A stretch of DNA of 64,000 bases from Deltaproteobacteria bacterium. GTDB taxonomy: Bacteria; Myxococcota_A; Polyangia; Polyangiales; Houyiibacteriaceae. The notes beneath the pieces are model-generated. The model was not told the DNA's origin. It did not search any database and saw only the letters and a program-made list of their open reading frames with translations. A program made the translations under genes and the position numbers. The stretch's first letter is position 1, and each line of letters starts with the position of its first letter. Below, in pieces: positions 1-10,705 of this stretch. Location: the NCBI GenBank assembly GCA_034670305.1, contig JAXMNT010000008.1, positions 1 through 64,000 of the forward strand, read 5' to 3'.

Positions 1-41
1 TCGCGATGCTCGTCGCGCTGATCAAGCGATCTGACCGCTGA
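1..41 (+). CDS. 3' end of an ORF entering from upstream (...AMLVALIKRSDR*), resembling a four-helix-bundle protein C-terminus
   Basis: Frame starting at 3 reads GCG ATG CTC GTC GCG CTG ATC AAG CGA TCT GAC CGC TGA. A near-identical reverse-complement copy lies at 41099-41139. The AML motif recalls the C-terminus of 37727-38038 ([11 protein letters not shown]). Confidence 0.45.
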   Translation, partial: AMLVALIKRSDR

Positions 42-121
42 TCCGCGGGCAAGGGCAAAGGCAAGGGCAGGGGCAAGGGGCAGGCTGCGAGAACGCCCTG
101 CGGGCGTTCTTCAGCAACCTG
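1..121 (+). mobile_element. Right part of a dispersed repeat element (copy 1), truncated by the window edge
   Basis: 1-121 matches the reverse complement of 41033-41139. It contains a GGGCAA tract (47-82), hairpin AGAACGCCC-TGC-GGGCGTTCT (90-110) and terminus TTCAGCAACCTG followed by CTAG (122-125). Confidence 0.7.
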
Positions 122-1045
122 CTAGCAGCCCGGGGCTTGGGTACCGTCGCAGAGGGGGGCAGCGGGGCCGTGGGGTCCGCCGGGGTAGAGGTCGGCGACC
201 AGGTTCGAGAAGGTCCAGCCCCAGGGCGGGCGCATGCCACCTCTCCAGTCGCCATGTTCGTCCGTGACGCCGAAGAGCAGATGGATGCCGCGGCCGAGCG
301 GCACGATCGACGATGCGGCGTCCGTGTTCATCACGATCTCGGTGCCGTCCTCTTCCGTCATCACGGTCGACGACATGTTGGTCGTCGCGTCCCACTCGAA
401 GCGCACGTGGTAGTCGTGGTTCGTCTTCATCCGGTACGGGCGCACCGACTGGGTGAACTCGTTGCAGACGCCCCACGTGGTCTGGACGATGACGTCGCGC
501 CATTCGGTGCGCTCGCCGGTGTCCTGGTTCACCGAGTTGCGGGTGGTGAGCGCCGCGTACCGGGTGGGCGTCGTGGTCCAGGTCCGGCCCGCTGCGACGC
601 TCCGGATCTCGAAGATCTGCGTGAACACGCCGTGGGTGGTGTTGGTGCGCATGTCCCACTCCACGACGGCGCGCCCGTAGTGCAGCAACGTCTCGTTGCT
701 GAGGAACAGATCGATGCGCGAGCTGCCGGAGTTCGGAAACGTGTGGGCAGCGGCGCCGGCCCAGCCGTCGTGGTGCGCGATGGACGAGGCAGGGCAACTG
801 CTCGGTCCGGCATCCACGGCAACGGGGACGTCGGGTGGGATGGCGACGTCCGTGGGTGTGTCCGCGTCGACAGCGCTCGCATCCGCGATGCGCGCGTCGG
901 CGGTGGGTGCGTCGAGCCCAGGCGCGTCGAGCCCGGGTGCGTCGCTGCTCGCATCCGCTCCGGCGTCGACGGCTCCGCCGTGCGCGATCCCCGTGCACCC
1001 GAGGGAGGAGAGCAGCACGAGCCGAAGAAGCATGGAGGGCAGCAT
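122..1045 (-). CDS. Secreted/lipoprotein-like hypothetical protein with DAG-rich linker and beta-rich C-terminal domain
   Basis: [17 protein letters not shown] signal/lipobox-like N-terminus. The longer ORF to 1378 is only read-through of the repeat tract. Confidence 0.7.
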   Translation of the reverse strand: MLPSMLLRLVLLSSLGCTGIAHGGAVDAGADASSDAPGLDAPGLDAPTADARIADASAVDADTPTDVAIPPDVPVAVDAGPSSCPASSIAHHDGWAGAAAHTFPNSGSSRIDLFLSNETLLHYGRAVVEWDMRTNTTHGVFTQIFEIRSVAAGRTWTTTPTRYAALTTRNSVNQDTGERTEWRDVIVQTTWGVCNEFTQSVRPYRMKTNHDYHVRFEWDATTNMSSTVMTEEDGTEIVMNTDAASSIVPLGRGIHLLFGVTDEHGDWRGGMRPPWGWTFSNLVADLYPGGPHGPAAPLCDGTQAPGC

Positions 1046-1079
1046 AGCAGCGGCGGCGCACCACGTCGTCGCGGCACGG

Positions 1080-1348
1080 TCGGCTTCGGCTTCGGCATCG
1101 GCTTCGGCATCGGCTTCGGCATCGGCTTCGGCATCGGCATCGGCTTCGGCTTCGGCGTCGGCCTCGGCTTCGGCTTCGGCATCGGCATCGGCGTCGGCGT
1201 CGGCTTCGGCATCGGCGTCGGCGTCGGCGTCGGCGTCGGCTTCGGCTTCGGCTTCGGCATCGGCATCGGCGTCGGCGTCGGCCTCGGCGTCGGCGTCGGC
1301 GTCGGCCTCGGCGACAAGGGCAAGGGCAAGGACAAGCGCAAGGGCGAG
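1080..1348 (+). repeat. Bipartite hexamer array: (TCGGCN)n then (GCAAGG)n
   Basis: TCGGCT/TCGGCA/TCGGCG units at 1080-1312, then ACAAGGGCAAGGGCAAGGACAAGCGCAAGGGCG at 1313-1348. Confidence 0.95.
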
Positions 1349-1379
1349 AGTCGGACGTGGCGTGGATCGGCGGCACAAC

Positions 1380-2846
1380 TCACATAGCGAGTCTGGCCCT
1401 CTGCACCTCGCACGGTTCGATCACGCCGCCGTCCGGGTGCATGAGGAAGGACCGGTAACCGGACTGGACGACCGTGACGGGGATCGCTTTCGACCACGGA
1501 TCCTTCCACGGTGGTGCTTTGCCGAGCACCACCTGGAGCGCCCGGCGACCGTGGAGAGCGCGGTCCATGATGCGGAAGAGGCGAGCGGTCGGGTCCGCGT
1601 GGTGGGACCACGAGGCGGGGATCTGGACGTCGAGGTTGCCGCTTCGCACCCGGATCAAGCCGTGGAGCTGAACGTATTCGTAGAGCGCGTAGAGCGACTG
1701 AAGATCCGCTTCGAGACAGCGGCGCACCTTGGCCAGCGCGCCTCGCGCGAGGTGGTCGGCGAGCTTCTTCGGATCCGTGAACGGTCGACGGATCCGGCAC
1801 GAGCTCTGGACCAGCAGTGCCGTAGAGAGCGGGAGCATGCGCCCGTCGTCGAAGGAGGTGCCCTGCTGCGGCGGGCCCAGGTCGGCGAGGCGCTTGCCCG
1901 CGACGTCGATCTCGAGCGCACGCATCAGCGCCCGCACGTTCTCGGCGGCGAGCACGTCGTAGGTTCGATCCATTGGTTCGTCGACGAAGGTGTCGATGAC
2001 TTGCCGCTCTACATCGAACCGCGCCACGACGCGGGGCTTCTCGGGCGGGTAAGCGACGAAGAGGGCGCGGGACATCTTGGTGAGCGCACGTTCCTTCGCC
2101 GCGTCCTCCCTCTTGGAGGCCTCTATGCGCGCCCGCTGCGTGGCGGGGTCGCGGCCCTTCCATCGATCGCGTCGAACCATTTCGAGTCGAGCCCGCACGG
2201 CCTTGCGCACGCCCCGAAGGGTGTCCTCGATGTTGGGTCGGCTGCCCCACCGCCCATCGTCTCCGACTCGGATGAGGCTGTTCTTGCGCCGTAGGGACTT
2301 CGGATCGCTGATCAAGGGATAGCGCTCGGACGCCGCCCGGACGAAGGCGGTGACCTCGTCCGGCGTCATCGGCTGACCCCCGTGCGCCTCCAGCACCGCG
2401 AGAACGACGCGCTGGGCCGACCAGGCCCTCAGGGAATCCTCGGCCCACGCTTCACGAAGCTCCTCGAGCGTGAGCGGGACGTCGTCGCCCGGCAGCGGCT
2501 CTGGCTTCGGCGGTGGCCCGAGCGGCTTCCTCGGCGGTGTCAGGCCGAGACGGAAGACCCACAGTTCGATCTCCGGATCGTACGGATCGAGGCCGTAGTG
2601 TTCGCCATCCAGGTACGCCGGTGGCGCGGCCGGTCGGCAGCGCTTCAAAGACCGCAGGGCTTTGTCGGCGGTTGCGATCCCCACCTCCTCGAAACGCTGG
2701 GCGACCTCGGGCAACGTCATCGGCGCGCCCCGCTCGAGCAGAGCGACGTAGAGTCGCGCGGAGACGTTCGCGTCGCGGTGGTCCTTCACCACCCCGAGAT
2801 CAGGAACCTCGATCCCCAGCACGTCGCACCATTCATTGTTGGGCAT
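1380..2846 (-). CDS. Hypothetical protein (488 aa) with two winged-helix-like segments
   Basis: Long ORF with normal composition. Internal similarity between [17 protein letters not shown] and [18 protein letters not shown]. Confidence 0.8.
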   Translation of the reverse strand: MPNNEWCDVLGIEVPDLGVVKDHRDANVSARLYVALLERGAPMTLPEVAQRFEEVGIATADKALRSLKRCRPAAPPAYLDGEHYGLDPYDPEIELWVFRLGLTPPRKPLGPPPKPEPLPGDDVPLTLEELREAWAEDSLRAWSAQRVVLAVLEAHGGQPMTPDEVTAFVRAASERYPLISDPKSLRRKNSLIRVGDDGRWGSRPNIEDTLRGVRKAVRARLEMVRRDRWKGRDPATQRARIEASKREDAAKERALTKMSRALFVAYPPEKPRVVARFDVERQVIDTFVDEPMDRTYDVLAAENVRALMRALEIDVAGKRLADLGPPQQGTSFDDGRMLPLSTALLVQSSCRIRRPFTDPKKLADHLARGALAKVRRCLEADLQSLYALYEYVQLHGLIRVRSGNLDVQIPASWSHHADPTARLFRIMDRALHGRRALQVVLGKAPPWKDPWSKAIPVTVVQSGYRSFLMHPDGGVIEPCEVQRARLAM

Positions 2847-2937
2847 GAAGACGGATAGCTGAACCCAGGGGTCTGGGTCGAGTCCATCGACGTCGGGGCT
2901 TGCCGGCGGTGCTCGGCTGGCTCAGGCTCGCGGCGCC

Positions 2938-5322
2938 TTGACCGATTCCGTGCGCCCACCACTCGAGCTCCCGTCTCCCGAGACCGAGGGCCCCGGTCCC
3001 GCACCGACGGAGTCGGGCCGGACGATCGGTCTGCTCGGCGCCACGTACATCGGCATCGGCGCCATCGTCGGTGGCGGGATCTTGGTGCTCGGCGGCGTGG
3101 CGTTTCAAGAGACCGGACCGAGCGCGATCGTCGCGTTCGCGATCAACGGCGTCGTCGCGATCCTGACCGCGCTGAGTTTCGCCGAGATGTCGTCGACCTT
3201 CCCGGAGTCGGGCGGCGCGTACACCTTCGCCAAGAAGGTGTTGTCGGTGCGGATGGCGTTCGTCGTCGGCTGGATTCTGTGGTTCGCGTACATCGTCGCG
3301 GGCGTGCTCTACGCGCTCGGGTTCGCCTCCTACGGCATGTTGATCGTCAAGAGCCTATGGCAAGCCGCCTTCGGATCCGCGCCCTCGTGGCTGGTGGAGC
3401 GGGCTGCGATGGTGACTGCGGCCCTCGTCGCCACGGTCTTCTATTCCGTCGGTCTGATCCGCAAGGGTTCGGGGGGTGGGCGGTACGAGACGATCGGCAA
3501 GGTCGTGCTCTTCCTCGTCCTGATCGTCGCCGGCGGCTGGGCCATCGTGGTCGCTCCCTCGGGGAACGTTCGCGACGCCCTCACACCGTTCTTTGCTGGA
3601 GGCGCGACGGGTTTGATCTCGGCGATGGGGTTCACCTTCATCGCGCTTCAGGGCTTCGACCTCATCGCGGCGGTCGCAGGCGAAGTGAAGAACCCGGCGA
3701 AGGTGATTCCGCGCGCGATGCTCCTCAGCCTGGCTGCCGCGCTGGTGATCTACCTGCCCATGCTCTTCGTGGTCTCCACCGTGGGAACGGCGCCGGGGGA
3801 GTCGCTCGGCGAACTCAGCCAGGCCAACCCCGAGACCTTCATGGCGATCGCGGTCCGGAACTACATGGGGCCGATCGGCTACTGGCTCGTGATGATCGCG
3901 GCGGTGCTCTCCACCCTCTCGGCGCTGCAAGCGAACCTCATGGCGGCCTCGCGGGTGGCGCTGAGCATGGGCGAAGACCGAACGCTGCCGCACGTGTTCG
4001 CGCGCAAACATCCGAGTCGCGGCACGCCGATGGTCGCGATCTACGCGAGCGCGCTCGCGCTCGTCGCGATCCTCTTGATGGTCGATGTATCGGCCGCGGG
4101 TGCGGCGGCGAGCTTGATCTTCCTGGTGTGCTTCGCGCTCGTGCACGGCATGGCGATCCTCGCGCGGCGACGCTCGCGCACTCGAACGTCGAGCGTGGCC
4201 GCCGAGCCGCACGCAGAGCCAATGGAGAAGCCATACCAGACACCCTGGTTTCCACTCGTGCCGATCGTCGGGGGAAGCGCGTGCGTCGCGATGGCGGTCT
4301 TTCAGGGGGTCACCGTACCGGAGGCCGGATTCGTCGGTCTGGTCTGGGTCGGCCTCGGCGTGCTGCTGTACCTCTCCGTGTTCAGCACCGGCGCCGAGAA
4401 GAGCGACGCGTTCGCCGAAGGGAACGACCCGCACCTGCTGAAGATGAGGGGCCGCAGCCCGCTGGTCCTCGTGCCCATCCGAAACCCCAAGACGGCGCCC
4501 GCCATGGTGGCGCTGGCGACCGCGCTGGCCCCGCAGTCCGTGGGCCGGGTGCTGCTGCTCTTCGTGATGAAGCGGCCCACGGATGTGCAAACGGGCGCAG
4601 CCCCTCAGGCGCTCTTGGACGCACAGGAGGTCCTCGGGCAGGCGCTGACTTCGTCGCTCTTTCGCGGGCACACGCCCGAGGCACTCGTCACCATCGCCGA
4701 CGCGCCGTTCGAAGAGATCAAGCGGGTGGCGAAGGCCCGCCGCTGCGAGAGTCTGCTGCTTGGTCTCTCCGACGATCCGGCCAGTCCCAGCGCCCAACTT
4801 CTCGAAGACCTCATCAACCACATCGAGTGTCAGGTCGCGATTCTCCATGCGAGCGTCGGGTTCGATCTGGACGCCGCCACAGACTTCTTGGTCCCCGTCG
4901 GCGGCCGCGGTCGACACCACCACACCCGCGCGCGCCTGCTCGGAAGCCTCTTCCGATCGAAGAACCGGACCGTGACCTACTTCGCGGTGGTCCCGGCCGG
5001 CAGCTCCGAGAGCGCCATCCGGCGCCGCAAGCGGTCCCTCGATCGCTTCGCGCGCCAAGAGGTCCCGGTCGAGGCCAAGACGCTCGTCGTGGCCAGCGAC
5101 GACGTCGTGATGGCCATCACCGAAGAGGCGAAAGGCCATCAGGTCGTCGTGCTCGGTCTGGCGAATCTGGGGGGCCGCCGTTCCTTCGGGAAGGTCGCCT
5201 CGCGCATCGCCCGAGAGACCGACTGCGCGACCATCATGGTGGGCGCGGAGATCGAGACCACCCAGCAGGTCATGCACGGCCTCAAGCGGCTGCCGGGAAC
5301 CATCGGCCAGGGCTTCGGGTAA
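2938..5322 (+). CDS. APC-family amino acid permease with C-terminal universal-stress-protein-like domains
   Basis: GAIVGGGI, SGGAYTF and GEVKNP motifs with about 12 TM helices. Soluble C-terminal part has VLVP...LLLG and LVPVGG...VVLG USP-like repeats. Confidence 0.9.
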   Translation: MTDSVRPPLELPSPETEGPGPAPTESGRTIGLLGATYIGIGAIVGGGILVLGGVAFQETGPSAIVAFAINGVVAILTALSFAEMSSTFPESGGAYTFAKKVLSVRMAFVVGWILWFAYIVAGVLYALGFASYGMLIVKSLWQAAFGSAPSWLVERAAMVTAALVATVFYSVGLIRKGSGGGRYETIGKVVLFLVLIVAGGWAIVVAPSGNVRDALTPFFAGGATGLISAMGFTFIALQGFDLIAAVAGEVKNPAKVIPRAMLLSLAAALVIYLPMLFVVSTVGTAPGESLGELSQANPETFMAIAVRNYMGPIGYWLVMIAAVLSTLSALQANLMAASRVALSMGEDRTLPHVFARKHPSRGTPMVAIYASALALVAILLMVDVSAAGAAASLIFLVCFALVHGMAILARRRSRTRTSSVAAEPHAEPMEKPYQTPWFPLVPIVGGSACVAMAVFQGVTVPEAGFVGLVWVGLGVLLYLSVFSTGAEKSDAFAEGNDPHLLKMRGRSPLVLVPIRNPKTAPAMVALATALAPQSVGRVLLLFVMKRPTDVQTGAAPQALLDAQEVLGQALTSSLFRGHTPEALVTIADAPFEEIKRVAKARRCESLLLGLSDDPASPSAQLLEDLINHIECQVAILHASVGFDLDAATDFLVPVGGRGRHHHTRARLLGSLFRSKNRTVTYFAVVPAGSSESAIRRRKRSLDRFARQEVPVEAKTLVVASDDVVMAITEEAKGHQVVVLGLANLGGRRSFGKVASRIARETDCATIMVGAEIETTQQVMHGLKRLPGTIGQGFG

Positions 5323-5389
5323 CGCGCGGGTCGGTTCGAACGCGGCGTCGTCTTTCCGCGGGCGGCTTAATGAAGTACCCCGCGGAGAG

Positions 5390-6655
5390 ATGACCCTTCG
5401 TCCGCGCCACGCGCTGTGGCTTCTTCCAGTCGCGCTCGTCGTCGGTGTCGCGGGGACATGGCTGACCCGTTCCCGCAAAGGGCCTCGGATCGATACGGTT
5501 CACGCGGTTCGTCGCCCGCTCGTGCAGACGCTCGTGACCTCCGGTCGCGTTGTGCACCGTCGGCAGTCGGACCTCGGATCGACCCTCCAGACGACGGTGG
5601 CCGAGGTGCTCGTCGAAGAAGGCGACACCGTGGAAGCGGACGCCCTCCTCATCCGTCTCGCGGACGAAGAGGCGCAGGCGGCGGTCTCCGAAGCCGAGGC
5701 GTCGCTGAGCGAAGCCGACGCCCGGCTGTCGCGCGCGCAAGGCGTCGGCCGACGGATGGCTTCGCAGTCGCTGGCGCAAGCGCGCATCGACGCGACGCAG
5801 GCGGAGACCGTGCTCACGCGGCAGCAGCGGCTCTTCGAGCAGGGCGCCATCAGCGAAGCGGAGGTTCAACGCGCGCGCCGGGATCGGGACGCGACCCGCA
5901 GTCGTCGGGTGAGTGCGTCGCTCGACGTCGCCGCCTCTGCGCCGAGCGGGAGCGACGCCCAGGCCCTGCGGGCCAGTCTCGCGGCCGCGGAAGCCCGCCT
6001 GCGCGCCGCGGCCGCGCGACTGAGCCAGACCCAAATCCGTGCGCCGAGCGCTGGGACCGTATTGAACCTTCACATCGAGCGGGGTGAGGTCGTGCGTCCG
6101 GGCGAGGTGCTCGTCACCTTCGCAGGCGATGGACCGCTGGAGGTCGTCGTGCGACCGGACGAGTCGAACTTGGCACGGCTCGCTGTGGGGCAGACCGCCC
6201 TCGTCTCACCCGAAGCGTTCCCGGGCCGCCGGATCCGCGCGCGCGTCGCGCGCATCGCGCCCTCTGTCGACCCCACCCGCGGCACCATCGAGATCGATCT
6301 GACCATCGAAGAAGACGACGGGACCGAGACCGAAGACGACCCTGAAGAAGACAATGCAGAAGGCACACTGCGGCCCGACATGACGGTCGCCGTCGAAGTC
6401 GAGCTCGGGCGCACCGACGACGCGCTCGTCGTGCCGACCGCCCTCGTGCGCGACCTGGGCACGACCAGCCCATGGGTACTGGTCGCAGAGAACGGGCGTG
6501 GCGTCCGCCGCGACGTCGTGCTCGGCCTCGAGGGAGACGAACTCGTCGAGGTCGCCGAGGGGCTCGACGAGGACGACGCGCTCCTCGCGCCCGAGAGCCC
6601 GATCGACCCGGGCGATCCCGTCCGGGCACGGCCCGCGCGACGGGCGGTCGACTAG
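5390..6655 (+). CDS. Efflux periplasmic adaptor (membrane fusion protein, MacA-like)
   Basis: N-terminal TM, EVLVEEGDTV, IRAPSAGTV, LRPDMTV and ALVVPT motifs. Confidence 0.9.
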   Translation: MTLRPRHALWLLPVALVVGVAGTWLTRSRKGPRIDTVHAVRRPLVQTLVTSGRVVHRRQSDLGSTLQTTVAEVLVEEGDTVEADALLIRLADEEAQAAVSEAEASLSEADARLSRAQGVGRRMASQSLAQARIDATQAETVLTRQQRLFEQGAISEAEVQRARRDRDATRSRRVSASLDVAASAPSGSDAQALRASLAAAEARLRAAAARLSQTQIRAPSAGTVLNLHIERGEVVRPGEVLVTFAGDGPLEVVVRPDESNLARLAVGQTALVSPEAFPGRRIRARVARIAPSVDPTRGTIEIDLTIEEDDGTETEDDPEEDNAEGTLRPDMTVAVEVELGRTDDALVVPTALVRDLGTTSPWVLVAENGRGVRRDVVLGLEGDELVEVAEGLDEDDALLAPESPIDPGDPVRARPARRAVD

Positions 6656-7846
6656 GTGCTGGCGCTCACCCTCGCCATTCGTTTCTTGCGCGAAGGGCTG
6701 ACCCAGTCGCTGCTCATCCTCAGTGGGGTCACCGTCGGCATCGCGGCGTACGTCTTCGTCTCCGGGTTGATGACCGGGCTCGGGGCGAACCTCGTCGAGC
6801 AGACGCTCGGCGCGCAGGCGCACATCACGATCGCACCGGAGGACGAATCGCCCCGGGCGCTCATGGAGGGTCCCGAACTCTTCGCGCGTCAGGTGCAGGC
6901 GCCCGAACCCCGGCAGCGCCCGTTCGACCAGTGGCAACGCACGGTGGGCCGCGTCGAGCAGTCCGAGCTCGCGACGGCGGTGTGCCCGAAAGTCAGCGGC
7001 GCCATCATCATCCAGCGCGGCGGCGCCCAGAAGGGCGGCCTGCTCGTCGGCGCAGACGCCGCGCGCCTGCGGCACATCATCGACTTCCCGAGCCACATGG
7101 TGCGGGGCGCCTACCGGCTCGGCAGCGACGACGCCCTCATCGGCGACGGGCTCGCCGAGTCGCTCGGGCTCTCGGTCGGGAGCCTGCTGCGGGTGCGCAG
7201 CGGAAACCGCGAGAGCACGTTTCGCGTGTCGGGCATCTTCCACCTCGGCAACGCGGGCGTCGACGATGCGTGGGTGGTCAGCTCGCTCCGCAACGCACAG
7301 ACCCTGCTGGACCGGGTCGGCGACGTCACGGCCATCGACATCCGCATCGAAGAACCCTTCGAAGCCGACGTGGTCGCGCGCCGCCTCAGCGAGCGCACCG
7401 GACTGGAGGCAGAGAGCTGGATGGAGCGCAACCAACAGCTGCTGATCGCGCTCGAGAGCCAGAGTCGCTCGAGTCAGTTGATCACCATCTTCGTGCTGCT
7501 CGCGGTCGCGATGGGCATCGCGAGCGTGCTGGTGGTGAGCGTGGTGCAGCGCCAAGGACAGATCGGGATCCTGCGGGCGATCGGCACGCCGAGGCGAACG
7601 GTCCTGAAGATCTTCTTGTGGCAGGGTGCGCTCCTCGGCATCGGCGGTGCGCTCCTCGGCATCCTTCTCGGATGGGTGGTCGCCGGCTGGATGGCCGGCC
7701 TGGTGCAGTTCGACATCGCGGTGTCGCCGCGCCTCGCGCTCTCGGCGGTGGGCATCTCGCTCGCCACCGGCGTCCTCGCCGCCATCCTCCCCGCACGCAG
7801 CGCCGCGCGCATGGACCCAGCCGTCGCGATTCGGGGGGACGGATGA
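6656..7846 (+). CDS. ABC transporter permease (MacB/FtsX/LolC type)
   Basis: IGILRAIG and PARSAARMDP motifs, 4 TM plus periplasmic domain. GTG start directly after the upstream stop. Confidence 0.9.
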   Translation: MLALTLAIRFLREGLTQSLLILSGVTVGIAAYVFVSGLMTGLGANLVEQTLGAQAHITIAPEDESPRALMEGPELFARQVQAPEPRQRPFDQWQRTVGRVEQSELATAVCPKVSGAIIIQRGGAQKGGLLVGADAARLRHIIDFPSHMVRGAYRLGSDDALIGDGLAESLGLSVGSLLRVRSGNRESTFRVSGIFHLGNAGVDDAWVVSSLRNAQTLLDRVGDVTAIDIRIEEPFEADVVARRLSERTGLEAESWMERNQQLLIALESQSRSSQLITIFVLLAVAMGIASVLVVSVVQRQGQIGILRAIGTPRRTVLKIFLWQGALLGIGGALLGILLGWVVAGWMAGLVQFDIAVSPRLALSAVGISLATGVLAAILPARSAARMDPAVAIRGDG

Positions 7847-8550
7847 GCGAGCTGCTCCTGTCGCTGCGCGACGTTCGAAAGTCCTTTGGCGACGGCGATG
7901 TGAAGGTCGACGTGCTTCACGGAATCGACCTCGAACTTCGCAGTGGCGAGATGACCGCGCTCATCGGTCCGAGCGGATCCGGCAAGAGCACGCTCCTCAA
8001 CCAGATCGGGCTGCTCGACCGCCCGACCTCCGGGACCATCGAGCTCCTCGGCAAGGACATCGCGCTGCTGGACGACGCCGCCCTCACCGCCCTGCGCGGT
8101 GGCTCGCTCGGCTTCATCTTCCAGTCGCACCATTTGATCCCCGCGCTCAGCGTGCTCGAGAACGTCATGATGCCGGCCGCCGCGGTCGCTGGTGGGTTCG
8201 GAAAGGATATGGCGCCGCGCGCTCAGTCTCTCCTCGAAGCGGTCGGGCTCGGCGACCGTGGAGCGTCGTACCCGCGCCAGCTCTCCGGAGGGATGCAACA
8301 ACGCGTCGCGGTCGCGCGCGCCCTGATGAACGAACCCGCGCTCGTGCTCGCAGACGAACCCACCGGCAACCTCGACACCGCGAGCAGCGACCGCGTCTTC
8401 GAGCTACTCACCCGTCGAAACGAAGACGAAGGCACATCGTTCCTCATCGTGACGCACAGCCACGACCTGGCCCGCCGATGCCGCCGCGTCATCCGCATCG
8501 TGGACGGACGCATCGCGGGCGACGGCCCTCCAGAAGTCGTCCTCGGCTAG
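7843..8550 (+). CDS. ABC transporter ATP-binding protein (LolD-like)
   Basis: GPSGSGKST, LSGGMQQRV and LADEPTGNLD motifs. ATGA overlap with the permease stop. Confidence 0.95.
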   Translation: MSELLLSLRDVRKSFGDGDVKVDVLHGIDLELRSGEMTALIGPSGSGKSTLLNQIGLLDRPTSGTIELLGKDIALLDDAALTALRGGSLGFIFQSHHLIPALSVLENVMMPAAAVAGGFGKDMAPRAQSLLEAVGLGDRGASYPRQLSGGMQQRVAVARALMNEPALVLADEPTGNLDTASSDRVFELLTRRNEDEGTSFLIVTHSHDLARRCRRVIRIVDGRIAGDGPPEVVLG

Positions 8551-9515
8551 ATCTCGAAGGGGCCGACCGCGGCTTCGAACCCTTGCCAGGCGATGCGGAG
8601 GTTCTCCGGATCGGTGAGCAGCGGCTCGGGTTCGATGCGGTCGGGGAAGCCGGTCCACTTCTCGGGGCCGAAGAAGTCGCCGGACTTCGCGTCTGGATCG
8701 GCGCAGCCACGGAGGATGCCGAGCGCGCCGTCTTCGGCGGACTGGGCGGCTTTCATGAAGTCGCTGTCCGCGTCCATGCCGCCGGTCTTCGCCGTCGTCA
8801 CCTGGAGCTGGGTGCGGGCGAGTCCAGGGTGGGCGAGGACCAGCTTCATGTTCGTGAGTCCGGCCGCTTCGACGCGGCGCTTGAGCTCGAACGAGAACGT
8901 GCAGTTCGCCAACTTGGTCTGGTGGTAGCGCTGCCACCGCGGGCCACCGAAACCGGCGTCCGGGTCGCCGTCGCCGCCAAGGTCGCCGCCGTTGGGCCCG
9001 AAGTACTTCGCTTCGAGCGGCCCGCCGAGCCGCGCCATCGACGTGTGGCTCACGATGCGCGCGTCGTCGCTCTTCTTCAGCAGAGAGAAGAGCTCCTTGG
9101 TGAGCAGGTAGTGCGAGAGGCAATTGGTCTGCATCTGCACGTCGTACCCATCTTTGGTCGCCTGATCCGGAAGCGCCATCACGCCCGCGTTGAGGCAGAG
9201 GATGTCGAGCCGGTCGTGCCGATCGAGCACGTCCTTCGCGGCGGCCCGGACACTCGCGAAATCCTGCAGGTCGCAGACGACCGCATCGAACACGCCGTCC
9301 GGCACTTCTTCTTGGAGCCGCTCGAGCGCAGCATCCGCGCGCCCGCTCTTGCGGTTGAGCAGAATGACCTTCGCACCGAGCCGCGCGAGCTCGCGCGCAC
9401 ACACGTAGCCGGTGCCGCTGGTGGTTCCGGTGATCGCCGCCACACGCCCCGTGAGGTCCTGGGTGTGTCTCTCGCGCACGGTCTCGAGGTGAAGCGTCTT
9501 GATCGTCTGGCTCAT
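8547..9515 (-). CDS. SDR-family NAD(P)-dependent oxidoreductase
   Basis: ITGTTSGTG, LNAGVM and YHQTKLAN motifs. Confidence 0.9.
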   Translation of the reverse strand: MSQTIKTLHLETVRERHTQDLTGRVAAITGTTSGTGYVCARELARLGAKVILLNRKSGRADAALERLQEEVPDGVFDAVVCDLQDFASVRAAAKDVLDRHDRLDILCLNAGVMALPDQATKDGYDVQMQTNCLSHYLLTKELFSLLKKSDDARIVSHTSMARLGGPLEAKYFGPNGGDLGGDGDPDAGFGGPRWQRYHQTKLANCTFSFELKRRVEAAGLTNMKLVLAHPGLARTQLQVTTAKTGGMDADSDFMKAAQSAEDGALGILRGCADPDAKSGDFFGPEKWTGFPDRIEPEPLLTDPENLRIAWQGFEAAVGPFEI

Positions 9516-9529
9516 GGTGACCTCCGTCG

Positions 9530-10255
9530 GTGCGCACCCTATCCCGTTACCTGGCTTGTCGGGGCAGGACCACTACCATTCGCTGCGTGCAGCAGCAGTC
9601 GGACGAAGAGATCGAGCGAGAGGAACGAGAAGAACTCTCACAAGCCCTGCAGTCCAACGATGTTGCCCGCTTGCTGATGCTCCCGATCGTGCACTCACTG
9701 CATCACCCGGACCTAGAGTGGGTGACCCAAATCTGTGTTCGGCTCAGCGCGCACCCGGACAGCAACGTTCGGGGCAACGCCGTGCTTGGGTTCGGCCATC
9801 TCGCGCGCCGGTTCGGAGAGCTCGACGAGCGAGCCCTCCCAATCGTCGAGAAGGCACTGCTCGACGAAGACCGCTATGTGCGCGGTCAAGCATGGGCGGC
9901 TGCGGATGACCTCCGACACTTTCTCGGTTGGCGTTTTTGCGTCGGTACGCACATCGACCAACTGATCTGGTCGGGGCGGTTCGCAGGACGGGAATGGCGT
10001 GTTCGACATCTGGACTGGTTCGCTCCTGGGCACCGTTGGAACGGGCTGTGGATCCTCGTGTTCGAATCGACCGACGGCGGGCCTGAGAACAGCTTCACCG
10101 GGAGTTGGTCCAGATCGTTCTTGGACGCGCCCGAGGGCTGGTCCGATGCCGCCCCCGACGAACTCATGCGAGCACTGGCCGCGTTGTCGCCACCCGACAT
10201 CCCGAACCCATTCGAAACGGAGGCGGGCCAGCGGTCTACTTCTGGTGGTACGTGA
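9530..10255 (+). CDS. Hypothetical protein with N-terminal HEAT-like repeats (start uncertain)
   Basis: HPDSNVRGNAVLGFG and DEDRYVRGQAWAA HEAT-like segments. Confidence 0.55.
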   Translation: MRTLSRYLACRGRTTTIRCVQQQSDEEIEREEREELSQALQSNDVARLLMLPIVHSLHHPDLEWVTQICVRLSAHPDSNVRGNAVLGFGHLARRFGELDERALPIVEKALLDEDRYVRGQAWAAADDLRHFLGWRFCVGTHIDQLIWSGRFAGREWRVRHLDWFAPGHRWNGLWILVFESTDGGPENSFTGSWSRSFLDAPEGWSDAAPDELMRALAALSPPDIPNPFETEAGQRSTSGGT

Positions 10256-10640
10256 GCGCCGCTTCGATGCACTGGGTGAGCTGAGCCGTGGGCAAGGGGT
10301 CGGTGACGGTCAGCGCGATGGCGCGGTTGCCTTCGTAGCGGAGCTCGGGGAACCAGGCTCGAAAGGTCTCGATCAAACTCGTCTGGCAGTGCACGAAGAG
10401 GAAGCAGGTGTCGGGGTGGTCCTTCTTCCAACCGAGCCGGATGGTGGTGCCGCTCTTGGTCTTCGGCGTCAGGTACGCGGGCTCGCCCCACTTGAGGGTT
10501 TCCTGAACTTCGCCCACGCCATCGGTCGCGGCCGCGGTCTCGTAGAGCAGCGTTCGCAGCGCCTTCAAAGTCCGCCGCGCCGCAGGCGCATACGACTTGA
10601 ACACCTCTGCGACTTCGGCGGGCATGGCGGGAACTCGCAT
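10236..10640 (-). CDS. DUF1801-family protein
   Basis: ETLKWGEPAY, SGTTIRLGWK, VHCQTSLIETFR and ALTYH motifs. Confidence 0.85.
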   Translation of the reverse strand: MRVPAMPAEVAEVFKSYAPAARRTLKALRTLLYETAAATDGVGEVQETLKWGEPAYLTPKTKSGTTIRLGWKKDHPDTCFLFVHCQTSLIETFRAWFPELRYEGNRAIALTVTDPLPTAQLTQCIEAALTYHQK

Positions 10641-10705
10641 GCGGCCGATCGTACCTCAACCCCGTGACGTTCCACGGAGGGCCGGCACGCAGCCGTCGCG
10701 TCCGG

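Noticed and set aside
1046-1378. Poly-(AD/AE), poly-(AS), poly-(RC) ORFs across hexamer tracts (also 33250-33714, 36715-38530, 63501-63995)
   Set aside because: The repeat units lack stop codons in all frames, so ORFs arise automatically. Real genes start or stop outside the tracts.
8547-8550. Shared CTAG stop codons of the convergent ABC ATPase and SDR genes as an element site
   Set aside because: No element termini or repeats are adjacent, so this is an ordinary stop-codon overlap.
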